A stretch of DNA of 64,000 bases, taken from assembly GCF_964204865.1 (NCBI RefSeq), contig NC_135262.1, positions 10,168,001 to 10,232,000 of the forward strand. The letters are read 5' to 3'. Under the pieces are notes generated by a model, which ran no database searches, was not told the origin of the DNA, and saw only the letters and a program-made list of their open reading frames with translations. Of the stretch, positions 28,029 to 41,059 are shown one piece after another. The position numbers and the translations under genes are program-made. This DNA is from Styela clava. Lineage: Eukaryota. Position 1 is the first letter of the stretch; the number at the start of each line of letters is the position of its first letter.

Positions 28029-28457
28029 TAAACGTTAATCCAATTCAAACTATTTATAAGTTTACTTTAGTCAACGATATCACTGGATATAATGTCAAAC
28101 ACCGGTCAGTTGTCTATTTCAAATTGTTTAAGAGTAGAGCATTAAAATCATGACACGGCAATAATATTTTAGTCCGGAAACCTTATTTTTTTCCCGGAGG
28201 CGTTGTTTATACTATTATGTACCGTTGACAATATTTACAGGCGTGTCGTATAATATTATTATTGTGTATTAATAAGATTGAATCTTGAATAAATAATAAA
28301 AACGAAGCCAAGCTTAATCTTCACCACGAAACTACCGCACGATTGACATCTCGTATCATACTCATTCACAATTTGGCGATTTTTTTTCAAATGTTCTTCT
28401 CTTGAGCTCCAGCAAAATCTTGGTCGAAAAGAAAGTACTGATTTGTCTGAAGGCATC

Positions 28458-31400
28458 ATGTTTTTAAAAGAAATAGCATTTCTTCCTGTAGACGTAATAG
28501 CCTTCTTATTAACTTTAGCGGATTAGCTTAAGTATGCTGCAGTCAAAAATTAGCTCCGGATTAAATCGCCACACTCGTTACTTCACTGAAAGTATGTCAA
28601 CATATATTGGCCTTCGGTTGGCATCTGTGATTGCACCGTCGCGTATAAGTGACTGGTTTCTGAATGCTTTGTTGAAAGAAGGTGTAAAATATCTAGTGCG
28701 AATGAAATTTAAACACATGAAGTTAACATAGAGCATTTTTCCACAGATTGTCGTGGCTGTTCTGTCTTGCATTACATTCACATTCGGATCACGGAGAAAT
28801 CAGTCACCAGCATCATGTACGACAACGGGTGTTGAAACCGACTGCAGAGAGAAGCACTTGATGGAAGTACCAGCAAGTATGATTGAATAGTTTTCTGCAT
28901 TGTAAGAGTCCGTTTAGAATATTTTGAGGAATGAATGTGTCTAGTTTGTGAGAAAAAGCCAAAATCAGCCAAGTATTTGAATAGTAAAAGGAAGAAAAGA
29001 AAATTATTCAGAACAATTTACTTTAAAAACTTGACGAATATCCTATTTTAATCAAAGAATTATGAAAAGTGCCAATAATGGAAGCATCTAAATCAAACTG
29101 GAGTCCTTGAACAAGTTACGAAGTTAATAGTTAGCAATCGCAAGTTTGTTTCAGAGCAATCCATCCTCGGATCTGTTCCTATGTCAAATTAAATTTAAAC
29201 CAACATTTTTTATTCATTTTTCAGCAATTTCACATTCTACCCAGAAATTGTACATGGATGGAAACCCGTTGAAAATTTTGAAATCAAACAGTTTCAATCT
29301 ACTTCCAAGTTTACTTAATTTATCACTGATAAATTGCCATCTGTCGACGCTGGATCCCAAAAGTTTCGTGTGAGTTATTTTGTTTTGGAATAATGATAAT
29401 AAAATGCAAAACGAAGCGAACTCGGAATCCCTTCACGTACCAAAAAATTAGATAGTTCTTCATTCCATGTATAGACATAAAAATTAAACAATCAACTATC
29501 CTAAATTCATCCGGACATTTGTTAGAAAACGTAAGTTATAGTAAAATAACGACAGACGGACGAGCATATATGGTTGCAATGAAAAGTTTTATCCAGTCAT
29601 TTTCCAAGCTTAATGAGCATTTTTTCAAAATGAAACAGGATCTATTCCCATGTCCATATTTTTATTTCCAGCTACAAAATTTGATTGATTGAGTGTGCAG
29701 AAAATCTTCTAATAGGATGCATCTTTGTTATATTTACAACACTTATCTGTTTTGATGATAATAATAATATATATGTATAATAAAATTCATTATTGTTCGA
29801 TTATTTAACAGAGGATTGACGAATCTTACTATTTTAAATCTGAGCAACAACAGCATTAAATCATTCCCGGATTTACTATTTGGAGCAGATTTAAAAAATT
29901 TGCAATACCTCTACCTCAAATTCAATTCCATTTCACGAATTTCACAGAATGCATTAGATCATCTGGTAAAGTTAAAAGTAAGTCTTGTTTTGCCAATCTC
30001 TCAATATTTTCGAAATAACGAAAAAATATTCAACAAAGAGTACAATTTTGAAACATTCTTGTAATGCCTGAAAAGGTAAAAATAAATTACAACTATGTAA
30101 AGATAAAATGTGGTTTCAAACGAAACAAAACAAAGTAAAAAGTAACAATTTTGAAATTGTTACATCGCAGTACAAAAACTGACAGACTGACACAAACTGA
30201 GCTAATTCCAGTGACAAATAGACAAACTGGGGCACGTCACCCTCCCTGATAAGCAAGTGGTAGATAGAATATTTGATTTGTTCTGTGGTAAAAAAAAATT
30301 GCAGTGAAAATTGCAAAATTAAATAATTTTTATGTAATATCAAAGATATTCGCTATGAACAAAGTTGCAATCGAAGTTTGAAAAAATGCCTGGTGATTTA
30401 ACGAGATTTTTTGTACCATACAAAAGATTAATTAATGAAGAAGAGTTCTAGATTTGAAAATGTGTGCTCAATGTACTGCCACAAATCTACTAGTATACAT
30501 GACGATAAAGAAGTAATTTTATTAGTGTATATGAGGTTGGAAAATAAACACATTATTGTTTTTTCAGGAACTTCATCTAGAACACAATAAACTCACTGCA
30601 ATTCACCAGCATTCTTTCACCAAGTTGGCACATATAAAATGGTTATCTATCGATGTAAGTTTAGTGCCTTGTTCTTGCTTTATCTTATTAACCTAACAAC
30701 ATTTGAAGTATTAAATTTTAATAACAAGACAAAATACAAAAACGAGCCCATGAATCTCTTGGACTATATATATGTTTAACAAAAATACTATTCATGAGAA
30801 ATTGATTTTTCAAAATGTTCCGCTAATAATAATACTATGATTTTCATTCAAAAGACAAAATAGGATAAAATCATTTGGGTTTTCAACTTTCTGATAATCG
30901 GGCTTCGCTGTATTCACGAATATCAATTATCGCTATATCCAGCGTTTGAAACAAAAGTTTTCTGCGCGGTTGTAAGATTGCCTAATGTAGCAACGATTAC
31001 GAGTCTAGTTATTTGATTTCAAATGATTTTTCACTGATTGCACAACTTCATTCCTTTAGCATAATAGTCTGGTCACTGCATACGCATCGTGGTTCACTCC
31101 AATCACAAAAACACTCACACATTTATCACTCGGACACAATCCTTGGGTATGTGACTCAAAAATGTGCGGATACAAAAACTGGACATCTGCAGCACACAAG
31201 AAGTTTAGTGGAGCGGTTGACATAACTTGCAGGTAAAAATGGTTACATTATTGTTGTATATAGACTAGTGACCGCATTTGATTGAAAATAAATTTTTAAG
31301 TGATGCTAAAATTATATTTAAAATATTCACGAAATTCCAATATCCAATTAAATAAAGGCTCTCAACTAGTCATGCCTATGCGTCTTATATCATAAAAAAA

Positions 31401-33090
31401 ACATGGACATGGACAACAATGAAACCCCCAATAAAAACCATGCAACAACGCTCTGATAACTAATTGTCTGAAAGATTTATATACCTTTATTTCAGCAAAA
31501 CAAACACATCATTGAAAAACATTCATTCAAAGACTCTTTGTGCTACAAATAAAATTATAGTGATTGCATCGAACGCGCCAAAAATGCCTGTCAAGACAGT
31601 CGGATTAGGTGAGTATAACAATATATAACAAAACTAGATCCAAATTTACACGAAGTTCGCGCACCGGTAAGGGCTTAGCTAGGCACCAAGTTTGTTGAAA
31701 AGATCGGAGGATGAGGGAGATTAAATAACGTGTTCTCACGAGTCGTAAAATGAAAGGTAATTAGAATAAAAAGGAAATTTCAAGCGTAATATTAGTAAGT
31801 ATAATCAAAAGATAACGTTTTTCATATCTATCTTGGGCGAAAGAAAAGCCGATATTCATATGACGGGTTTCATCATCTCGTCCGGTTGTTGAGTAGGGTA
31901 GGTATATATATATATAGTTATGAGATTAGCTGACCTGTGCTCCCAATATATATACAAAAACTAAATCCCATTGCTCCTCAGAGTCAGGAGTCAAGATCAT
32001 CTCACTATTAGTTAAACCTGATCATCGCCAATATTATACCCAAACTAGATCGCTTTGTTTGAAAACGATTTTGTATTATTTTTCCTCCACTTTCCAGCTG
32101 CAACTATTTCGCTTGAGTGCCCGGATAAACTCTCAACGTCGTGGAAATATTCGTCTAAATCAAAGAATGGTTCGTTTGTTCCAATCAAGCAAGACGAGAA
32201 AATAAAAATAGCTCCTGGAGTGCTTACTATAACCGGTATGTTTCTATATGTCATTCTTACTATGAACATAGGTACAATGTATTTTGAAATTTAAAGCATT
32301 TTATGAACCTGTATAACACACAGTATATGATAAACTTGCTTGAATCATGAATATATATATCAGGAGAATCGTTCCATCATAGTGTAAATTCATGATATAT
32401 ATAATATATATCGGTGTGGCTTGAATAAAGCAATGTCTGATCAAGTGAAGTTCATTTGCATCTATATGCCTCAGATACAGGATTACTTTTGTGTAGCTTT
32501 GGTATCAATACTGCATTCGTCAATGCCAAAAGTCTTAATGGAATATGCTTCAATAAATTTAGTAGCCTACATGGCAGTGTGGCATAGATATAGTTTTTAA
32601 ATATATTTTCTCCGTGAGCACGGAGAATTATTATAGATCAATCAGATCACAACGTAAAAGTGTCTCTGCTAATAAGATTTCTGACTTTTTTGTTTCTAGA
32701 ATTAAATTGGTGTCAGATGGTGTTGGAGTAGATTAGACTCCATTATTAACCATCAGTGTTCATTCAATTTATACGATATTTACACTTATTATTAATTCAG
32801 GTACAGCAAAGCACGACGGAGGTACATATTGTTGTCTCGACACAGTAGGCGACGATCTCCAACATACTCCATCTGGCTCACCTCACAGCACACCACATTG
32901 CTTCTCGCTTAAAATCAAATCACAGTCGTTCACAAAACCCGCATCTCCCTCTAGTGGCGGTGGTAGTGGTGGAGCATCAGCGGCAGTTATCATTATCATT
33001 ATTGTAATCCTGGTCTTGGTTGTAGGTGTCTGGTATTTCCGACGTAAAAGAAGAAATTATGGATTGCTAAGTGATGAGGTTGGAGCTTAA
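28458..33090 (+). CDS. LRR-Ig single-pass membrane protein (LRRNT-LRRs-LRRCT-Ig-TM; AMIGO/LIG-like architecture)
   Basis: Exons 28747-28876, 29225-29369, 29812-29977, 30568-30654, 31060-31231, 31496-31608, 32098-32235, 32801-33090 are in frame. Motifs: LxxLxLxxN repeats; LRRCT NPWVCD; Ig C..W..DGGTYC; TM AVIIIIIVILVLVVGVW; tail RRKRRNYGLLSDEVGA*. The start exon at 28458 is tentative. Confidence 0.85.
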
Positions 33091-34469
33091 TGGCAGTTTA
33101 GCATTCTTCTTTAGATTTTTAACAAAATGTTTTTTTGACGAACAGTTTATATATACACAAATAGTATTCGCTTCCCAGTGAATATGTTTAGATACATCTA
33201 GCCATAAACTACCTATATGATATAATTATGTATGACCTTAGCGGGATAAATTTTAATTGAGTTGATACAAGTTTTTTGAGATTTCTCAATTCAATAGTAC
33301 ATCATCGTTGCTAATCATTTTTGTGCTGTGTTTTTGAATATTTGTATAAAGTATTTGTAACGGCAGATGTAATACTTTGATCTCTGCTTTGAAGTCATTC
33401 TGCTTTAACGAACTCTTTATTCATACATTTGCTCGCTCAATGATAACATATGCTTTCATTGTTGGCCAATTTAACAGAGTGTTTTTCAACCGAGTTATGA
33501 CGACCCAGTTTCACAAGAATCGTCCCATATATCAGTTCACAATGGGGGAACAGGAGATACAACAATGATGGGAGAAGCCTACGTTTGAAAATTCGGATAC
33601 CTTTTATTATTTTATGCAATGTTATGTATACCAACAATAATCACTTCATTATTGTAAATCAAAATTTTTATTGTTGATATCAAATTGACGCTTAAATAGA
33701 ACTGGAGTCAAGGCAAAGTAAGAAAAAAGTTTGCGAACAAGGTATTATCATGCTAAAAATTAATGTTCTATATGTGCCAAATGATGTTTACGCTTGTGGA
33801 TCTATTGTCTGTTCTTTTTCACTTTCTATTTACAATAGTACCTTCCATTTAAAAAAAGACATTTTATGCTTTCAGTTTTGGTACATTATGCTGCTCAGTA
33901 AATATTTCTTTTTATTATTATTCAATGTATGAGCGTATTTGAAAGAAAATCTTTCTCTTTTCACTTTTTTCTCTCCTCTTGATATAAATATACAATAGCA
34001 TAATCAAAATCGCCAAGGCGTGTGTTTGTTCGATGTTACAATAGCGATTTCGAATGATTTTAAACAACTTTTTGTGGGAGGAGGGGAGGGGGATAGAACT
34101 CTAGGAGTAGCATCAATAAAATAAAATGAAAAATATGAATCGGTATCGGTAGATGTCCTTGAGCCCCGACCTTGCTGAAAATATCGGCGGACAAGCGCGC
34201 CGAAATAAGCTGTTCTCGCTGTGAAAAGAACAACAATAGCAAGAATTTGTCAGAACTATCTATAGGTGTACAATTGCTAATAGCAAGTGACAATAATTGC
34301 GTAATTTTGACTTGGTCGATACACAGAGCTGGAGCCTTATTAGTTATTACTCGCAGTCAGAAAATAATGATGAGACAGAAGAGTACATTTTAGTAAAGTA
34401 CGCCTTTCCCGCCTTTTCGAATTGAAGGTTCGACGTTGCTTACTCAATTGATTACACCATTGGTAATGA

Positions 34470-37465
34470 CAGTGGCGGCGCGTCAATATGGCCAACCAGG
34501 GCAATGCCCCGGTTTTTTTTTCGGTATAATAAAAAATATTCGAAAAATACCTCAATATCGGTTGCACAGACTGTCTACACAAGCCATATTCTCCCGACAT
34601 AGTTCATTTTTCGCTCGCAAAGCCTTCGCCGAACGTCGACGGGGCGACGCCGATTTTGCCCCGGTAGCTCATTGTATATCGTATTCTCTCTTTTATCTTC
34701 CACTCGCCGCGTTTGTCTCGTTTGTTTTCTGTTTCTTTTACTAAATCATCGGGGCCGATCGGGGCTAGCCCCGAAATTATGACGACACAATGCCGACGTT
34801 TCTTACAACAACGTGTTGACATATTCACGCATTCCTTCTCGTTCGTTGGTTGCTTGAAGAGTTGACAGTTTCCTCGCCTTCGCTTTTGTCGCTTGTTTCG
34901 CTATTTGAATCAGTTAGAGACCTTTAGTCCATTTGCTTTCGATTTTCCACATTCCTTTTGAGCTCCTCACTTCTTTCCGGCTTCGCATTTCTTAGTCTTA
35001 GACCTCCTAATGAATAAGGTTGATGCACTACCTCGCACTCCGTTTTTGCAGCTGCCGCTGGAACAAAAATTAGATGTACAACGTCTTTGGCCTTATCACC
35101 CAAAAAATTGTTCACTGAAACAATCCCATGACGGAGGAAAGCGTCGGCGTACATTCTGCGCAGAAACTTAGTATAAAAAACACGAATGGTTGTGTTACAG
35201 CGAGGACAAAAATGCACTTTTTTGTTTTTATTTCCTACTTTTTGCTACCGCCCGTGACTCACGTTGGTGTAAATTTGGTTTTAGAGATCTTAAACATCTT
35301 TCCGAGCGTGCCACGGATCATCAATCTTCTATGGAGCATCTGGACAATGCAGTAAAATACCGAACATTCGGAAATGTTAATATTGCAGCACAGTTGGATG
35401 AAGGACGCGCGGTTTCTATTCGTTGGCACAACCAAAACGTCGAGAAAAACCGCCATGTTCTCGGTCGATTGATAGATGTTTTGAAGTTCATTGGTTGTTA
35501 CGAGCTGTCCCTCCGTGGGCACGATGAACGGGCTGGCTCTTTTAATAGAGGGGTATTTTTGGATATGGTGGAATACACCGCATCCCTAGATACAGTATTG
35601 AGAGATCATCTTGATGCCGCAACTGTTTCGAAAGGGACATCTAAGGATATCCAAAATGATTTGCTCGACTCAATGTATAAAATTTATTTACAACATTTGG
35701 CTCTGGAAATTGAGAATTGCCAGTTCCTTTCGATTCAGTCTGACGAGACAACTGACATCACGTGCGTTTCCCAACTGGCTGTGATTTTTCGGTTTGTGAA
35801 AGATGGTAAACCTACCGAGAGATTTCACAGCTTTGTACCAATCGTTGATCGCACGGCTTGCAGGATATCGGCTGTACTGAAAGAAGTGTTACAGTATTAC
35901 AACGCGAAGTCAAAATTGATAGCTCAAACTTATGACGGAGCGGCAGTCATGAGTGGGTCGAAACATGGTGTTCAAGTTCATATAAAAGAAGATTTTCCTC
36001 ATGCGCATTTTTTACATTGTTATGCACACCAATTTAACCTCGTTATTAAAAATATGTGTCTTGATACCCCTCTCGTCCGTATATTTTTTGCAAATGTTTC
36101 GGGATTTTCTTCATTTTTTTCCGTTTCGCCGAAGCGCTCTGACCTCCTTCGCCAGATATGTAGCCGCCGTCTCCCAGCTTGTGCACCAACACGTTGGAAC
36201 TTCCAATCACGCGTGGTGCGGGGCGTGTCCGAAATTAGGACTGAGCTCATTGAGTGTTTCAATGGCATTCAGAGCTCTCCGGTTTGGAACGAACGCTCTG
36301 TGAGGGAGGCGGCAGGTCTAAAGCGTCTGCTAGAAGATGGTGAGTTTTCATTTTTTCTCGCTTTTTTCTCCACAATATTTTATCACGTGGATGTATTATA
36401 CGGCGCATTGCAGTCAAAGCTAATGAATGGAGCGTCTGTGCAGTCGTATATTTCAGACTTCTGCGATGCTGTATCTCGTATCCGGGAAACAATAAAATAC
36501 GACGACACATGGAGTGCTTCTTCACGCCGCGGGCAAACAACGCAGCGTTTGATTTTGTCTGCAAAGGAATGCTGTGACATTTTGGTGAATCAAATAGGCG
36601 ATCGTCTGCGCACTGAACACCTTGCCGCGTTCTCTTTGATGAACCCCAAAAATTTTTCAAAATTTGCACGTCAATTTCCCATCCATTTCCATGATAAACG
36701 TGGATAAATTGGAAAATGAATTGCGATGTATATACACCAATCAAACTTTTTTGAACATCACATCAACTTGCGCGCTCATGGGTTCCTCATAGATAACACT
36801 CTAGTGTAACTACCTTTGCGGCGTCTGCAAAATTTCTGGACATCATTTCGACGACGCCTATTTCTTCCGCCGACGCAGAGCGAACATTCAGCACGCTGAA
36901 GCGTATTAAAACGTATCTCAGAAACACATTGAAGCAAGATAGATTAAATTCCTTGGCTGTTTTATCCATTCACAGAGACGTTATTTCTGGGATGCATGAC
37001 TTTAATCAGCGCGTTATTGAGCATTTTGCTTCCAAGAAACCGCGGCGTGTTGCATATATGTTCAAGCAGTAGAAGTCTAGCAGCATATATATCTATGAGT
37101 GAGCGACGCATGTCCTTATCTTCATTAACTTTCCTTTCTTCATAGTAACGTTTTAAACCTTATTTTAGGTTTTGTCTGCTTTCCCGAAGTTTCTGTTAAT
37201 ATGTCATTGTATTTATCTGGGTAAATATTGCCTTTCCTTTTGCGATGTCTATATTTATTAATCCCTTGACTTGGACCGGTTTTAAAGACACTTTCTTATC
37301 GTTAAAAATTGTCGCTTTTGCCGATTGGTTGTTACCGATGGAATGGTTTTTATACTCATAAAATGATGGGAGAACTTACAGCGCTCATCCTGTCCCCGTA
37401 GATGGGAGTGACTTGGTCCCGCAGTAGCTTGCCCCGGTTGTCAAAATGACCACGCGCCGCCACTG
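34470..37465 (+). mobile_element. hAT DNA transposon, 2996 bp, with both termini
   Basis: 14-bp perfect TIR CAGTGGCGGCGCGT. Perfect 8-bp TSD GGTAATGA (34462-34469 and 37466-37473). Encloses a transposase. Confidence 0.95.
35010..37072 (+). pseudogene. Disabled hAT transposase (TTF zinc finger, DUF4371/ZMYM1-like DDE core, C-terminal dimerisation domain)
   Basis: ATG at 35010, premature TAG at 35169-35171, ORF 35190-36707 with LRGHDE, SDETTD, QTYDGAAVMSG, HCYAHQFNL, TRWN. Frameshifts at ~36690-36810, then TPISSADAERTFSTLKRIKTYLRNTLKQDRLNSLAVLSIH. Confidence 0.92.
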
Positions 37466-38899
37466 GGTAATGATGTTAGCATGGGTTGTGCATTCTGGGT
37501 TTTTAACCTGTGCTGCTAATCTAGTTAACTCCGACACTTTAACCACTCGAGTATGCCATCGGGCACATATGGAAGACGAAAGATTGCAATTGAAACACAT
37601 GTATATACTAGAAATTAAGACTTTGAGAGAAATAGCTTGAACTCTCTCGCCGCTCGTTAGTCCATATGGGCTTCTCAACGCTATTAAGTCTAGCACATGG
37701 TAACCTACTGTTAATATCGCTCTTAGCTGTTTATTGACGTAATGCCCTGATATGAGAGAAGCGATAAAACCTTCCAGCCGTGACGCAAAGTGCGAATCGT
37801 ATAAATAGCGTGGATTTCAAAATCGCCTGTCAGACGTCTTCAGCTCAGACAGAAAATACTCCTTTATAACGACTTATTATTGTTTTAGCATGTATTTTCA
37901 GTCATACTAACTATCCCTGATCATTCCTGGCGTTGTGTTGTTTTGATAAATATGATTTCGACTGCTGCATAGTTGGCAGAGGTATGAAGATTTTTTGTAT
38001 GTAAAAAAAACGTAAAATTAATGGTAATTTTAACGCGTAAATGCGCGTATGGGATTGTTTACGTCGTTCTACGCGCATTTCCGTCGAAAAAATTTAATTT
38101 TTTTGCATTGGGGGTGGTCTGTGCAGTAATAATAAGAGCTGTGACGTCATCAGTATCGGTAATTTGACCTTGAACTTGACAATACTGTAAATACAATTGT
38201 GAATTTCAGAGTAATAACCATTTATGCTATAATAGTCGTTTCGGTATTGTTATGTTAGGAAAAACTTGACGAAAACGTTGAAGAAAAAATTAATTAATTA
38301 GGAATTAATTATTAACCCTCTACTGTACACAGAATATCTCAAAGTCCAATTTTTTTTTTAGAAATTTTTTAAATTTTTTTGCAAAAATTTTTTTTCGAGG
38401 AGTGTGTTTTAAAGATATATTGCTGAATAGAACTCTAGCAGACGCTTTTAAAAAGCCATGATTGAAGCTTAAGGGCTTAATGGTTGACAAAAAAATAAGT
38501 TTAAAAATACCCATAAAATGGTCAGGGATTGGAGCGGTCGGAAGGTTTTAAAGAGAGTTTTAACAAGTGGCTATTCATTTTTCACATCCGACAACCACTT
38601 ATCCGTCTTGTTCCTGGTCCAAATGAAGTTTGGAGTAGGAACTGAGTAGGCTACTCATTTGCAATGCAGAACATGCGTATTTATCCTGGGAGTAGGCTAT
38701 GGACTAATTTGCAAGGAAGAAGCTAATCAGTCAAAATATAAGATAGATAATTTATTTATCGCTAAGGCACAAAACAAAAATGACTACGCACAAGATAAAA
38801 TCATATGAAGAAAATTGAGCGCGAAGATATCACAAATCTGCTCGGTGGCGTGGCGCAACGTGCTCAGTGCTGAGAATGCGGTCGACACAGGGGTACCTC

Positions 38900-39079
38900 T
38901 AGTGGTGGGATTCATATTTTTTGTCAGTCGGTTCCATCACAAAAGTCATATTTTCCAATCGGTTCTGTTACAAACAGAACATTGACAGTAACCAGTAAAG
39001 CTAACCGGTACGTTGATCTCATAAAATTTCGTGAGACGGTTCTATAGAACCGGTGCGAACCGGCTGAATCCCACCACTG
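38900..39079. mobile_element. hAT MITE, 180 bp
   Basis: TIR (T/C)AGTGGTGGGATTCA. Perfect 8-bp TSD GGTACCTC (38892-38899 and 39080-39087). Confidence 0.9.
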
Positions 39080-39779
39080 GGTACCTCTAATAATATAATG
39101 TGGGATGAGTATAACTTTCACTGTGCAATTATAAAATAGATAAACTAGACAATTTTTATACCAAACCTTGTGCGTCACACATTAAACGAAAAGATAAAGT
39201 TGCTGGATAATTGTAGTTTATTTAAAGTATCTTGACAAAATTTATCAAATAGTTCCTCTGTAATTTAGATTCATATATATATATAATTAGTAATGCTGTA
39301 AAATCAATTTTATATTGTTGTGCTTGACGTTGCTGCTAAATTCTCATTCCAATGCTTGTTCCATAAACTTACTATCGAATTTATGTATATCTCCATCCAA
39401 TCAAATTAAAAATGAGCAAAAAAATTTTTAATATTGTTATGCGTATAATATCTCTAGACTTGCCCAACATCCTCTTTTTCCGTGTATTTATTGTTGGTGG
39501 TATTGCTTGATTCAATTCATCCCATATACCAAACTTCTATCCACAATTTTAAATTCAACGAATTTGAAAATTTATTTGGTTGATTCTTCTATCTCGTTTC
39601 TGATCAGATTATTTCTGTATATAATGTATATAGTTTATATATATATGCTGAGAGTTCATATTGTAACAGAACCCGTTTCAATTCATTCATTCAAGTATTT
39701 GAATTGGGTGGTAACTGACTCAGATGACCGTATATGGTCCTATCGTTATCACCCAGTCATATACCAAAATCTGCATTAT

Positions 39780-40201
39780 GTATTGTTTGCGTGGACATAA
39801 CGATCGTTTCAATATTATGTTGTTGTTGTTCTTGTTCTTGTTCTTTAACACGTTTTTAAAAAGTCGCTTTTCTCTTCGAATACTGGACCAATTGCTTTGA
39901 AATTTTCAGTGGTTGAAGATAAATTTTTTCTCCAGAAGGCTATTACTTTTATTTATTTCAAAATTTTGCGTGAATTCTATGAAATTTGATATTTCGTCTA
40001 AAATTTTGCTGTATTATTTTTTATCCATGGGAACACGGATTTTAGTCAGTGTCATGACTGGCTGTACGTTTTGATTCTGCAAAATTCTGAACTACTGGAA
40101 ATTCAGAACTTTTTTGAGGGTACCGGTAGCGTCAAAGGTACCGGTAAGGACTGATTCGCTCTGGTCTAACGTGTCCATATATTTGTGCGTAGCTCTCTTG
40201 T
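39780..40201 (+). repeat. Dispersed repeat family A, longest copy (Helentron/DINE-like, tentative)
   Basis: Internal (GTT)n/(GTTCTT)n microsatellite, TGAAATTT core, 3' end GCTCTCTTGT followed by a T-run. Homologous to 4628-4830 and 14343-14635. Confidence 0.6.
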
Positions 40202-41059
40202 TTATTTATTGTATCATCACTATATTTCCTGTTTGACGAAACAAAAAAAAAAAAAAACTCTCTCTCTCTCCGATTACCCTGCGTGGTTTCGCAGGTTCCA
40301 GGGGATAATTATATGCGGATTGCTGGAATCCTAGCCGCCGCAGGGTGGTTCATGCAATTGCTGGTACTATCATATCTCAGATATTCCGGTATAGTTGCTT
40401 GATAACGACAACTAAACTAAGGCTTTTCCGAAAACAAAACGGTCTTAGATCAATTTTGAAAACACGGGAAAGCAGTGGCAAATAGTACAGAATCACGAAA
40501 ACTAGCCCATGTTGATTGATTTCGCTGATTGTCCATTTCTACGGAAATATGAACAAGAAAGTAAATACCAGAGAAAATATCCATTATCACCCAGTGGGCC
40601 TTAATATTGCTCAAAATACCCTAATCCCGAAAATGCGACAATACTGGTAACAATTTAGTATATTCGTGATTAAAGCCTAATACATTTATCGAATTTAAGA
40701 AAGTTGCTACCCGGTTTCTCCTGAGATTTATGTCGCATTTAAGCCTTAATTGTCAGCTGTCCCGTAGGAGTTAATTTGATCTGAACACCTCTATGCAAAA
40801 CTATACATGTACACTAGTACATTATTTTGAAAAATGAAATATAGGCCTCAAACAATGAAAACGAGTTATGATAACTAAAATAAATAACTAAAATTGTGAT
40901 AACAAAATTTCAAATAGAAATTTCAGAAATACCCCTCAGCGAAGTTAAATGTTTGTGAGCATTTTTACCGCGTTGGAATTATCTTCAGCTGAATTGTTGC
41001 AAAAGGCTAAGCCACCGTTTCGTTTTTAGGCCTGGCTGCTGAGTCAAAAGTGAAGCAAG

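Noticed and set aside
35190-36707. Domesticated ZMYM1-like host gene
   Set aside because: It is enclosed by TIRs and a TSD and has a premature stop and frameshifts, so it is a transposon pseudogene. The overlapping ORFs (35259, 36001, 36020, 36259, 36383) are shadows.
38312-38480. piggyBac-like MITE (TTAA-CCCT...AGGG.TTAA)
   Set aside because: The right end is imperfect and there is no extended TIR match.
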